From the NCBI GenBank assembly GCA_018654605.1, contig JABILG010000019.1:88742-152741 (forward strand): a DNA stretch of 64,000 nucleotides. Reading direction: 5' to 3'. Source of the DNA: a bacterium. GTDB taxonomy: Bacteria > Desulfobacterota_D > UBA1144. Position 1 is the stretch's first letter. The number at the start of each line of letters is the position of its first letter. The notes under the pieces are model-generated. The model saw only the letters and a list, made by a program, of their open reading frames with translations, ran no database searches and was not told the DNA's origin. Shown here piece by piece: positions 39,057 to 48,923 of the stretch. The translations under genes were made by a program, and so were the position numbers.

Positions 39057-40550
39057 ATGAAAAAATTAAACAATATTTTTATCCTCTTTTCTTTATCTTT
39101 TGCACTGTTTTTAGCTATGCCACTTTTATATGGGAATGCTCAAAATGAGGAAAACGAGGCGGAATTAAGAGCAAATATTAATAAGGTTAACTTATCTAAG
39201 ATTCAGGTCACTGATTTTAGATGGAAACATAAAGCAAAAAGCACAATAGGTGTATTCGAGTATATTGAGGTTGCTAATAATTCAAATCTTACTTATAAGA
39301 ATCTTAAATTAGAGATAATCATTTATAGTCAAAATGGATCACCCTATAAGTTTCAGATTTCTCTTCCTGGTGATATAGGTCCAAATAGCAAAAAGAGGTT
39401 TAGCTCAGTTTCGTCTATAATGTTGAGCTTCTCACCAGAAAAGACTTTAATAAATATTGAGTCTGCAAAAGTTGCTTACGACAAAGACACAATTAGGATA
39501 AAAGCAAAGAATGCTATTAAAGTTAACGAGTTCAAATATATTCCTGATAGTATTGCAACTAAAACTATTCAAGTAAAGAAGCTTTCATATACTAACAATA
39601 GTAAGAATTTTTTTAAAGATATTATTTTCTCTGTGAATTTTTTAGACCAAAAAGGCAAGCTTCTTAAAGCCATAACTTTTAAAGATCGATTGGTGATAGG
39701 CCCTGGAGAAACAAAAATTTCTAAAGAATTCCAGATTCCTGGTCTTAACCTAAATTATTTTTCAGATATAAATTTGACAGTATATGACGGAACATTAATT
39801 GGAGGCTCCGAGTATTTAAGCAAGGGAGGCGATTCCAGGCTCGCGAGCAAGGTTCAGTCTACTAGTTTTGATAGCCCATATCCCAAAGAAGATTTGATAA
39901 TAGAAAGTTTTGATATATTAAATAAAAATAAAAATACTATGGGGTTGATGAACATTAACTTATCAAACAACAGTAGGTACGAATATAAGGATATTGCTCT
40001 TATTGTTGGTTTTGTGAACTCGTCAGGGAGCACGACTACATCAAAGAAAATTAAAATTAAAGATACAATTAATCCTTATTCATCAAGGCTCTTTTCTAGT
40101 GTAAATTTTGGAATTATTGACAATAACTTTGATACAATTTCTCTTTCTATTTCATCAGCTGAAATGATTAGTTCTGTGCAAGAGATTAATAGAGATGATT
40201 CAATAAAAAAGGAATCAAAATTAAAAGAAAATGTAGATGTTCCTGAAGGAAATGACAACTTGGTTGCTTTTGATTCTAATGATGAGCTTTTGATTCTAAA
40301 TGTTGACATAGCCAGGCTTGCTTCTGTAAAGGTTCTTAATATATCTTCACATGTAATATTCGATCCAATCTTTAATTTAATTTTATTAAATAAGGACAAT
40401 GAAGTTGTTAAGACTTTATTATTGAAGGGATCTGGCAAGATTAATCCAAAAGAAGAACGAACCTATAGGTCAATTAATATTAATAATATTAATTCTTATA
40501 ATTACGATCAATATAGGGTGGAGTTTGTTTCGGGGCAAAAAGTAAAATAA
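39057..40550 (+). CDS. secreted protein with signal peptide and ~4 tandem copies of a ~100-aa domain
   Basis: MKKLNNIFILFSLSFALFLAMPLLYGNA signal peptide; recurring [YF]K[ND][IL].L.I......G + I.PG motifs at ~aa 75, 185, 300, 410. Confidence 0.5.
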   Translation: MKKLNNIFILFSLSFALFLAMPLLYGNAQNEENEAELRANINKVNLSKIQVTDFRWKHKAKSTIGVFEYIEVANNSNLTYKNLKLEIIIYSQNGSPYKFQISLPGDIGPNSKKRFSSVSSIMLSFSPEKTLINIESAKVAYDKDTIRIKAKNAIKVNEFKYIPDSIATKTIQVKKLSYTNNSKNFFKDIIFSVNFLDQKGKLLKAITFKDRLVIGPGETKISKEFQIPGLNLNYFSDINLTVYDGTLIGGSEYLSKGGDSRLASKVQSTSFDSPYPKEDLIIESFDILNKNKNTMGLMNINLSNNSRYEYKDIALIVGFVNSSGSTTTSKKIKIKDTINPYSSRLFSSVNFGIIDNNFDTISLSISSAEMISSVQEINRDDSIKKESKLKENVDVPEGNDNLVAFDSNDELLILNVDIARLASVKVLNISSHVIFDPIFNLILLNKDNEVVKTLLLKGSGKINPKEERTYRSININNINSYNYDQYRVEFVSGQKVK

Positions 40551-40586
40551 ATTGAAAAAAATCGTTTTTGAATCATAATTACTTTC

Positions 40587-41642
40587 ATGAAAAAGACTAA
40601 CTACACTATATGGGATAAGCTTGCTAATTATTTTTCTATTGATATAGGCCTAGATTTAGGAACGGCCAATGTAGTTGTTTATATAAAAGATAAAGGCATA
40701 GTCGCAAATGAACCATCCGTTGTTGCAGTACAGATAGATAAGGCAGGTGAGGTTAATATTTTAGCAGTTGGTGACGAAGCTAAGCAAATGATAGGAAAAA
40801 CGCCAGGTACTATCGAAGCTATTAGACCTTTAAGAGAAGGAGTTATAGCAGATTTTGAGGTAACTCAAAAAATGCTTGAATATTTTATTTCCAAATATCA
40901 TAAAAACAATTTTCTTGTTAGACCAAGAGTAGTTGTCTCAGTGCCCATAGGGATTACACCTGTTGAAAAAAGAGCTGTAGTTGAAGCAGCCGAATCTGCA
41001 GGTGCTCGAGAGGTCTATCTCATCGAAGAAACAATGGCAGCAGCTCTAGGTGCAAATATGGACTCTGTCCTTAATTCTAGGGGTGGAATGATTATTGATA
41101 TAGGTGGCGGTACTACAGGCATATCCGTTATCTCACTTGGTGGACTTGTTATAAGTAGGTCTATAAAGACAGCTGGTGACTCAATGAATCAGGCCATTAT
41201 AGGATATGTAAAGAATACTTATGGATTATTAATTGGTGAGAATATGGCAGAGAGCGTTAAAAAAACAATATGCGATGTTACGGACGTTCCTAGTGAAAGT
41301 TTAAAAATGTCTGTAAGAGGGAGAAGCTTAGAATCAGGTTTGCCAGAGTCAATACAGTTGACAGCTATTGATACTAAAAGGGCTCTTGATGAGTCTGTAA
41401 TAGATATTCTTAATACGGTTGTTGAAACTTTAGATTCAACTCCTCCAGAATTGTCTGGTGATATTATGGTAGACGGGATAGTACTTGCCGGTGGCGGAGC
41501 GTTGCTTGGCGGGTTAGCTGAAAGATTGTCAAAAGCTACAAGATTAAAAGTAACAGTAGCTGATGATCCATTGATGTGTGTTGTAAGAGGCTGCGGAAAA
41601 GCGTTAGAGGAAATTAATACTTTAAGAAAGATTTCTCTTTAG
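40587..41642 (+). CDS. mreB: rod-shape-determining protein MreB
   Basis: IGLDLGTANVVVY, actin-fold phosphate motifs, 351 aa. Confidence 0.95.
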   Translation: MKKTNYTIWDKLANYFSIDIGLDLGTANVVVYIKDKGIVANEPSVVAVQIDKAGEVNILAVGDEAKQMIGKTPGTIEAIRPLREGVIADFEVTQKMLEYFISKYHKNNFLVRPRVVVSVPIGITPVEKRAVVEAAESAGAREVYLIEETMAAALGANMDSVLNSRGGMIIDIGGGTTGISVISLGGLVISRSIKTAGDSMNQAIIGYVKNTYGLLIGENMAESVKKTICDVTDVPSESLKMSVRGRSLESGLPESIQLTAIDTKRALDESVIDILNTVVETLDSTPPELSGDIMVDGIVLAGGGALLGGLAERLSKATRLKVTVADDPLMCVVRGCGKALEEINTLRKISL

Positions 41643-41649
41643 TTATTAG

Positions 41650-42375
41650 ATGTTATCTAAAAGAAACAAAAAATATCTTTTTTTAACTGCACTTGGGTCC
41701 ATCTTGATATTTGTTTTCTTATTCTTAAACTTAAATTTCTACTTCTCTAATCTTCTAATATCCAAGCTTTCTTATAAAAGTGATTACCTATCAAATAATT
41801 CTATTTTAAAAGAAAGGATTTCTCTTTTAGAAGCAAGAATAAAGTTGCAAGAGGCTATTGTTGATGAGAATCTATCACTAAAGGAAAATCTGAATTATAA
41901 TTTACCAAAATCTTTATCACTCTTAAATACAGAGCTTATAATTATTTCACCTTTTACTTTTACTTCATCAGGGATTATCAATAAAGGTTCATTGGATAGA
42001 GTTAAAAAAGGTTCTTTAGTAATCAGCCCTAAAGGATTAGTGGGAAAAGTAGCAGAAGTTAACAAACAGTTTTCCAAAGTACTTTTTACCTTTAATCCCA
42101 ATTTTGCAGTAATGGTATACGTAGGAGAGAGTAAGATACCTGGCATATTAAAAGGTAATGGGATATCTTCTCGAATTAAATACATAACTACCGATCAAGA
42201 AGTTGTTGTAGGCGATAATGTCTTTATTGCAACTAATACCATTCAAGAGTACCCAGGAATAAGAATTGGGGAGATTTCCGGTGTAGTTGATTACGAAGGA
42301 TTCTTAAATCTCTCGATAAAGGATTTAATTAATCCTAGGAATGCAAAGTTTGTCACGGTCATAATCAATGATTAG
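41650..42375 (+). CDS. mreC: rod-shape-determining protein MreC
   Basis: N-terminal TM, coiled coil, beta-rich C-domain; gene order mreB-mreC-mreD. Confidence 0.7.
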   Translation: MLSKRNKKYLFLTALGSILIFVFLFLNLNFYFSNLLISKLSYKSDYLSNNSILKERISLLEARIKLQEAIVDENLSLKENLNYNLPKSLSLLNTELIIISPFTFTSSGIINKGSLDRVKKGSLVISPKGLVGKVAEVNKQFSKVLFTFNPNFAVMVYVGESKIPGILKGNGISSRIKYITTDQEVVVGDNVFIATNTIQEYPGIRIGEISGVVDYEGFLNLSIKDLINPRNAKFVTVIIND

Positions 42376-42874
42376 AAAAAATATTTTTATATTAATTTTA
42401 GGAGGACTTGCTCTTTTATTGCTTCCTGTATACCCCAAATCAAGCACGCTTGACTTTGGAGGGCACGTAGATGCTTCATTAGTCTACATCTTTATACTAT
42501 TAATTACTGGTATCTCTAAAATAAAATTATTGATTGGCTTAATAGTCTTATTTTGTTACCTTGGTCTTTCTGATTCCTATGCTTATTTAGAATTAACTGC
42601 GAAAATCTTAACATGCTTCATCTTTATTACCTATATTCAGAAGTTTTTTTGGGAGAATTTAAGAAATGATTCAATCATGTTGTTAATATTCCTTCTACTA
42701 TTTTATTCAATAAGTTTTATTCTATATAGTGGAGTGTTTCAAGTTGGATTATCTGAATATGGAACATTTGTTGGAATCCCTATAATCTACAACTTTTTCA
42801 TTTCTATGATTTTATTGATTATAATTAAGTATACCTCATGGCCAAGAGCGAAAGATCAAACTTATCAATTCTAA
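42368..42874 (+). CDS. mreD: rod-shape-determining protein MreD
   Basis: 168-aa polytopic membrane protein in canonical position. Confidence 0.6.
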   Translation: MIRKNIFILILGGLALLLLPVYPKSSTLDFGGHVDASLVYIFILLITGISKIKLLIGLIVLFCYLGLSDSYAYLELTAKILTCFIFITYIQKFFWENLRNDSIMLLIFLLLFYSISFILYSGVFQVGLSEYGTFVGIPIIYNFFISMILLIIIKYTSWPRAKDQTYQF

Positions 42875-44604
42875 TAGTTAGCGTTTTACTGCTTGTAGTT
42901 CTTTTTAGGCTTTTTTATATTCAAATAATTAATGGAAATGAGTATAGAAGAATCTCAAGTAATAATTTCTTAAAAGAAGTTATTGTACCCTCACCCAGAG
43001 GCTCAATCTTGGATAGATTTGGTAAAGAGATAGCAGTCAGCGAGGCCGTTGTTAACTTGTATTATAAAAGGAACCCAAAAGATGATTTAAATAAATTAAA
43101 GAAATTTCTTATTTCAGATTTGCAAATTGAAAGAAGAATTGTTGACAAAGCTTTTAAGGAATCAAAATTATATAATAATAAAAATAAAAGATTTATTCTA
43201 AAAGAAAACTTAGGTTTAAAAAATATTTATAGAGTTGAGAATAAACTTAATTCTTTTATGTCATTAGAGCTAGTTGTTGACTATTTGAGAGTTTATCCCT
43301 TTGCAAGCGTAGGCGCCCATAAAATCGGATATCTTAAGTCTAATGATAAGAGAGATATAGTTTATGGATCTTTCCTATCTACAAGGTTGGGAGCTTCTGG
43401 GCTTGAGAAGATATTTAATAAGAGACTTCAAGGCTCAAATGGGTCGAGATATTTGTTGATTGACAGTAGAGGAAATGAGGTGTTATCAAGAATAGTTTCA
43501 TTTGATAGAAAGAAAGTTCAGAATAAGTCTGGAAAAGATTTAACCCTTACGATTGATATAGAAATGGAGAAACTTATATATTCTTCTTTTGGTAATTTTA
43601 ATGGGGCTGCAATGGTTCATGAAATAAAGACAGGTGAAATCTTAGCACTTCTAAGCAAGCCTTCATTTGACCCTAATAAGTTTTCAAAGAGTATCTCAGT
43701 TAAAGAATGGAATAAGATTAAGAAAGAACCACATAAGCCATTTTTAAACAGAACTCTGCTTTCTACAAATCCACCAGGTTCAATTATTAAGATAGTTACT
43801 GCTGTTGCGGCACTAGAAGAAGGTGTTATAAATGAAAGTAGCCAGCATTATTGTCGTGGATACTTTGAGTTGGGTGGCAGAAAATTTAGATGCTGGAAGC
43901 AAGGAGGACATGGAAAGGTTAACGTAGTTAGCGCCCTAATCACATCATGTGATGTATTCTTTTATAAGGTGGGATTGTCATTAGGAATTAAGAAGTATTC
44001 GAAATGGTTGAAAAGTTTTGGGTTCAGTAAGCGCGTATCTTTACCCTTTTCTCAAAATCGTGGCGTGATACCTTCTGCGGACTTTATTTCCAAATATTTA
44101 AAAGGAAAATGGTACAAAGGTGATATGGTTAATGTTGCAATTGGTCAGGGCTACTTAACTGTTAACACAGTTCAGGCCTCTATAATGACTTCTATAATCG
44201 CATCTAATGGCGCATATCCTGATCTTAAGATTGTTTCCCGTGAGGAGAAAGACAATAGGACTTTAGCAATCAGCAAGAAAAATCTTTCTCTAATCCAAAA
44301 GGGGCTGTTAGGAGTTGTTAATGACAGAAATGGAACTGGTTTTCATGCACGAAGCGACGGAAAATTAGCGGGCAAGACTGGAACTGCTCAAGTAATTTCT
44401 AAAAGTTCTACAGACTATAATGTAGGCGAATTTAAGAATCATGGGTGGTACACCTCTTACTATCCATTTGAAGACCCCAAGATTGTTATTACTATTTTTG
44501 TAGAAAATGGAGTATCTGGGGGAAGGTCGGGTGGACCCATAATTAAGAATATTGTTAATTACTACAAAAAAAACTATCTAATTAGACCTGGTGCAATTAA
44601 TTGA
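42838..44604 (+). CDS. mrdA: peptidoglycan D,D-transpeptidase PBP2
   Basis: SIIK (SxxK), GKTGTAQ (KTG) motifs; 588 aa; N-terminal TM. Confidence 0.85.
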   Translation: MAKSERSNLSILIVSVLLLVVLFRLFYIQIINGNEYRRISSNNFLKEVIVPSPRGSILDRFGKEIAVSEAVVNLYYKRNPKDDLNKLKKFLISDLQIERRIVDKAFKESKLYNNKNKRFILKENLGLKNIYRVENKLNSFMSLELVVDYLRVYPFASVGAHKIGYLKSNDKRDIVYGSFLSTRLGASGLEKIFNKRLQGSNGSRYLLIDSRGNEVLSRIVSFDRKKVQNKSGKDLTLTIDIEMEKLIYSSFGNFNGAAMVHEIKTGEILALLSKPSFDPNKFSKSISVKEWNKIKKEPHKPFLNRTLLSTNPPGSIIKIVTAVAALEEGVINESSQHYCRGYFELGGRKFRCWKQGGHGKVNVVSALITSCDVFFYKVGLSLGIKKYSKWLKSFGFSKRVSLPFSQNRGVIPSADFISKYLKGKWYKGDMVNVAIGQGYLTVNTVQASIMTSIIASNGAYPDLKIVSREEKDNRTLAISKKNLSLIQKGLLGVVNDRNGTGFHARSDGKLAGKTGTAQVISKSSTDYNVGEFKNHGWYTSYYPFEDPKIVITIFVENGVSGGRSGGPIIKNIVNYYKKNYLIRPGAIN

Positions 44605-45707
44605 TACGTTTAATTAGAAGTCCCGAAGCTAAGATTCTTATTGTAGGTTTTTTGATTATGTTTTCTGGCTTTATTAATCTTATTTTTATTAAAGATAATT
44701 CTTTCTTTAGTTCCTACTCCTTTAAACAGTTTGTTTGGATAGTAGTGTCAGTATTGATTTTTATCATTATTACTAGACTTAGACTTCAAACAATTAAGAA
44801 TATGTCCATTCCATTTTATGTTTTCTCAATACTATTACTTATTTTCGTACTAATGTTCGGCCAAGAAATATCCGGTGCTAAAAGCTGGATTAAAATTGGT
44901 AATTTTATGTCTTTTCAACCATCTGAGCTAGTTAAGATCTCGTTTATATTTGTGATTGCTAAATTTTATTCAGAATTAGGTGCTTACTCTAAGTCCTATC
45001 TAGTAAAATATTCCATAGGGACTGTATTCTTCCTTGTTCCTTTCATTCTAATAATGTTTCAACCAGATCTTGGTTCTGCATTGATGCTACTAATAATCTC
45101 TTTAACAGTAATTATAAGCTTTTCTTATAACAAGAAAGCGCTAATTGTTATAAGTATTTTAATTCTAGCCTTATCTGTTCCAATATGGAACTATGCGCTT
45201 AAGGATTATCAAAAAGAAAGAATTATTAGTTTTGTATCTCCTGAAAATGACCCATCTGGCTATGGTTACAATATAATTCAATCTAAGGTTGCTATAGGGT
45301 CTGGTAAGTTGACAGGCAAAGGCTTAGGTAATAGTTCTCAAGGAAAACTTAAATTTTTGCCCGAGAAACATACCGATTTTGCCTTTTCTGTTTGGGCGGA
45401 ACAAACGGGGTTCCTAGGATCTGTCTTTCTAATTAGTCTCTATTCGTTCTTAGTAATCTATTCTTTGTTGTTTTTAAATAAGATAAAAGATAACTTTTTA
45501 CAGGTTCTACTCTTTGGTTTAAGCTCCTATTTCTTTTTCCATTTGTTAATTAATGTATCTATGACAATAGGACTCTTCCCAGTAGTAGGAATTCCATTGT
45601 TGATGTTTAGTTATGGAGGTTCTTCGTTAATATGCGGAGCTGTTGCACTTAGCCTAATAGCCTTAATTGTTAGAGATTATAAAGATGTTAACAGGTTGGG
45701 ATTGTAA
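44601..45707 (+). CDS. mrdB: peptidoglycan glycosyltransferase RodA (SEDS family)
   Basis: FtsW/RodA family membrane topology and PDLGSALM region; ATGA overlap with mrdA. Confidence 0.85.
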   Translation: MIRLIRSPEAKILIVGFLIMFSGFINLIFIKDNSFFSSYSFKQFVWIVVSVLIFIIITRLRLQTIKNMSIPFYVFSILLLIFVLMFGQEISGAKSWIKIGNFMSFQPSELVKISFIFVIAKFYSELGAYSKSYLVKYSIGTVFFLVPFILIMFQPDLGSALMLLIISLTVIISFSYNKKALIVISILILALSVPIWNYALKDYQKERIISFVSPENDPSGYGYNIIQSKVAIGSGKLTGKGLGNSSQGKLKFLPEKHTDFAFSVWAEQTGFLGSVFLISLYSFLVIYSLLFLNKIKDNFLQVLLFGLSSYFFFHLLINVSMTIGLFPVVGIPLLMFSYGGSSLICGAVALSLIALIVRDYKDVNRLGL

Positions 45708-46490
45708 GTGCTACGGAATTTAAGAGAGAAGATATCAGGTAACGAGATACTTTGTTCAGCCATAAAGAGGGTTATTGTTCTTGATAAAATTGATTCCACG
45801 AATTCTTATGCTCAATCATTAGATAGACCCGCCGATTCAACAGTTGTAATAGCAAGCAGTCAAACGAAAGGAAGAGGAAGAGACAATAGAGAATGGAAGT
45901 CTTTTGCAGAAAAGAATATATCCATGTCTATAATTTTAGACTATCCAAAAGATAAGGACAATCTTGGTCTAATTTCCATTTTGTCCGCCAATTCACTAGT
46001 AGAGGCTTTGGAGGAATTAAACATTAAGTCTCAAGTTAAATGGCCTAACGATGTTCTTGTAGGTGCAAAAAAAATCTCAGGAATATTGTCAGAAGCCTCA
46101 TTTAAAAACAATGTAGCAAGATCCATTATTGTTGGCGTTGGTATTAATGTTAATTGTACTTCAGATGATTTTCATAAAGATGATTACAAATACCGCTTAG
46201 AGCCGACAAGTATTTTACTAGAGAGTGGAAATGTTACTCAAAGGGAAGATTTGATAGTGAGCTTTCTTAGCTTTTATTTTAAATGGACAAAAGAGTTCAA
46301 AATCAGGAACTATAATAAGATTTTAGATTTTTGGAAATCTAGGTGGGATGATTCAGGAAAAGAAATATCTATTGTTAGCAATGGAAAGAAAATATCTGGA
46401 ACAATGTCAGACGTAAATAAGAATGGAGAATTGGTTTTAGATGTTGGGGGTCAGATGAAAGTTGTAAACTCCGGCGAGATTCTAGTTTAA
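45708..46490 (+). CDS. birA: biotin--[acetyl-CoA-carboxylase] ligase (class I, no HTH); GTG start
   Basis: QTKGRGRDNREWKS biotin-binding loop motif; 260 aa. Confidence 0.8.
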   Translation: MLRNLREKISGNEILCSAIKRVIVLDKIDSTNSYAQSLDRPADSTVVIASSQTKGRGRDNREWKSFAEKNISMSIILDYPKDKDNLGLISILSANSLVEALEELNIKSQVKWPNDVLVGAKKISGILSEASFKNNVARSIIVGVGINVNCTSDDFHKDDYKYRLEPTSILLESGNVTQREDLIVSFLSFYFKWTKEFKIRNYNKILDFWKSRWDDSGKEISIVSNGKKISGTMSDVNKNGELVLDVGGQMKVVNSGEILV

Positions 46491-46879
46491 ATAATTTTAG
46501 TAATTTCTTCTTTCAATTTTGTCATTAAGTCTGTCCATTTTTCACCACTCTTAAAGTCGTTAATTGGCAGTTCTTTGTTTATTTCTATCCCATTTTCAGT
46601 GATATTTATATCATAATCTTTCTTTTTTTTTAAGATTTCACCAAATTTAACTAAAGCATCTATGCTTTCCTCATCCCTACCTTTGAAAGTTGTCCTTAGA
46701 TTAATATTCTGTTCCATTCCCTCATATAAAAGGTTCCACATAGAGCCAGGAGCTGTAAGACCAAACCTAAGCTCGATTCTTTTGTTTTTACTCATACCCA
46801 ATATAATTTTCCTATAATATTTACTAAGTATAACATTATGAACATAATTAAGAATAAAATGGATAATAAAATTTGGCAA
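46487..46879 (-). CDS. hypothetical protein (likely true start at MSKNKRIELRF, ~46798)
   Basis: ORF only; N-terminal extension would overlap rluD start on opposite strand. Confidence 0.3.
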   Translation of the reverse strand: MPNFIIHFILNYVHNVILSKYYRKIILGMSKNKRIELRFGLTAPGSMWNLLYEGMEQNINLRTTFKGRDEESIDALVKFGEILKKKKDYDINITENGIEINKELPINDFKSGEKWTDLMTKLKEEITKII

Positions 46880-47794
46880 TCAGAAATTGAAATAAAGGAT
46901 GTTGAGCAAAGGCTAGATAAATTTTTAGTCGATAATTTTCCTGATAAATCTCGTTCATATATATCAAAGCTTATAAAAGACGAATTTGCCCTCTGTAATG
47001 GCTTAACAACTAAAGCTTCATATAAATTAAAGCTAAATGATAGAGTTTCAATATCTTTTCCGAAAGTTGTGGATTCATCCCTAGAGCCTGTTAATTTGCC
47101 CTTAAATTTTTTCTTAGAAGATGACTATCTTGCCGTTGTAGACAAGCCTCCTATGGTCCCTGTTCATACCGGTGCAGGTATAAATACTCCAACTTTAGTA
47201 AATGCTTTGTTGTTTCATTGTAAAAATCTCTCTGGTATCGGAGGGATTCTGAGACCTGGTATTGTTCATAGATTAGACAAAGAAACTTCCGGGGTAATGA
47301 TAGTAGCAAAGAACGATTATGCTCACACTAGATTGTCGAACCAATTCAAAGAAAGAATAGTCAAGAAAACCTACTTAGCAATTGTATATGGAACTCCAAA
47401 AACTGAGGAAGGTATAATTAGTTTTGAAATTGGAAGAGATAAGAATAATAGAGTTAAGATTTCTAACAATTCAAGATCACCAAGGAATGCTGAAACAAAA
47501 TGGAAAGTTAAGAATGTATTTGGCAATTTCTCTTTAATAGAAGCTTCTCCTTTAACTGGAAGAACACACCAAATTCGAGTACACCTAGATTTAATTGGAC
47601 ACCCCATAGTTGGAGATAAGCTTTATGGAAAAGGGTTTGGAGGCAACCTGGACCCCAAATTAAAAAAGATAGCTTGTAGACATTTGCTTCATGCTAAGTC
47701 GATTGAATTTATACATCCCAAGAATGGGGACAAGGTGAAAATAGATTCTGAAGTCCCAGGTGATTTTAATAGGTTTATCGAGGCCTTAACTTAA
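46838..47794 (+). CDS. rluD: 23S rRNA pseudouridine synthase, RluA family (RluD-like, with S4 domain)
   Basis: HRLDKETSGVMIVAK catalytic Asp motif, N-terminal S4-like region. Confidence 0.8.
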   Translation: MNIIKNKMDNKIWQSEIEIKDVEQRLDKFLVDNFPDKSRSYISKLIKDEFALCNGLTTKASYKLKLNDRVSISFPKVVDSSLEPVNLPLNFFLEDDYLAVVDKPPMVPVHTGAGINTPTLVNALLFHCKNLSGIGGILRPGIVHRLDKETSGVMIVAKNDYAHTRLSNQFKERIVKKTYLAIVYGTPKTEEGIISFEIGRDKNNRVKISNNSRSPRNAETKWKVKNVFGNFSLIEASPLTGRTHQIRVHLDLIGHPIVGDKLYGKGFGGNLDPKLKKIACRHLLHAKSIEFIHPKNGDKVKIDSEVPGDFNRFIEALT

Positions 47795-48456
47795 TGAGAG
47801 AAAAATATGTAAAGTCGAATATCTTGAGTGCTAATCAGAATATAGAACATTTTTTTGGAAGAAAGGATTTTATCGTTCCTAATAATGAAAAGGTGTTCTT
47901 CTTAAATCAGGTACATGGAGACGCCGTGGTCAATATTGACAATATATCCTCTCTTGATTCTGAACTTGAGGGTGATGCTATTTTAACAACTAAGAAAAAC
48001 TTGTTTGTTGGTGTTAAAACTGCAGATTGTGTTCCAATTTTGTTGACCTCAAGAAAGGCATCTTTCGTAGCTGCTGTTCATTCTGGATGGAGAGGTACCT
48101 ATAGTAAAATTATTGAAAATGTCATAAGAAAGATCCTCATGAAGTATCAATGCTCGGCTGACGATATACTCTGTTCAATAGGACCATCAATTGGAAAATG
48201 TTGCTACGAAGTTGGAAGATCGATGATGACTAGATTTGATAATAAGTTTGTTTTATCAAAGGAAGATTTTTCTACAATAGATGGTAGGTCTTTTTTGAAT
48301 TTGGCTAACATAAATAAAAAAGTTATTAATAAACTCGGAGTTTCTAATGTAGAATTACTGACTAATTGTACTTCCTGTGAGGATTCTTTTTTTTCTTACA
48401 GAAGAGATGGTTCAAGAATGAATAATCAGATTAGTATTATTAAAACAATTAGATAA
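47794..48456 (+). CDS. pgeF: YfiH/PgeF family purine-nucleoside phosphorylase / peptidoglycan editing factor
   Basis: NQVHGDAVV, C..PIL, HSGWRG motifs. Confidence 0.75.
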   Translation: MREKYVKSNILSANQNIEHFFGRKDFIVPNNEKVFFLNQVHGDAVVNIDNISSLDSELEGDAILTTKKNLFVGVKTADCVPILLTSRKASFVAAVHSGWRGTYSKIIENVIRKILMKYQCSADDILCSIGPSIGKCCYEVGRSMMTRFDNKFVLSKEDFSTIDGRSFLNLANINKKVINKLGVSNVELLTNCTSCEDSFFSYRRDGSRMNNQISIIKTIR

Positions 48457-48484
48457 AATAATACTATCCTAGGAGGAGTATGAA

Positions 48485-48919
48485 ATGTTAAATATTGGAT
48501 GTCTTGTGGTAAATGAGGACTATGATAGATTGAGATTATCAATAGTAGAAAATAAGCTGCCTCATTTTACGTATACTCTAACAGTTAGCGGTGCACCTGA
48601 GGGTGGAACTTCGTCAACTTTAAAGCTTTATATTATAGAGCTTGTATCTTCTAACCTGTCAATTGGTTTTACATTGCCACCTGATAAGGAAATAGACAAA
48701 GACTTAGAGATTGTATTTACTACGCAGCCCACTGCTGACGTTAAAATGCCAGAAGACTTAAAATTAATTTGTGAGTTCTCGGATGAAAAGAAAGAAACGG
48801 AGTATGCCGGTGAGAACTTGGAGAAATTGGAATATATAGGATATTCATTAGAAAAATTTTATGAGACTAAAAAGGCCTCATTTTATTTGTTTGATTACGA
48901 AGGAATAACAAAGCTTTAA
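48485..48919 (+). CDS. hypothetical protein, 144 aa
   Basis: Strong RBS AGGAGG 8 nt upstream; no recognizable motif. Confidence 0.45.
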   Translation: MLNIGCLVVNEDYDRLRLSIVENKLPHFTYTLTVSGAPEGGTSSTLKLYIIELVSSNLSIGFTLPPDKEIDKDLEIVFTTQPTADVKMPEDLKLICEFSDEKKETEYAGENLEKLEYIGYSLEKFYETKKASFYLFDYEGITKL

Positions 48920-48923
48920 TTTT

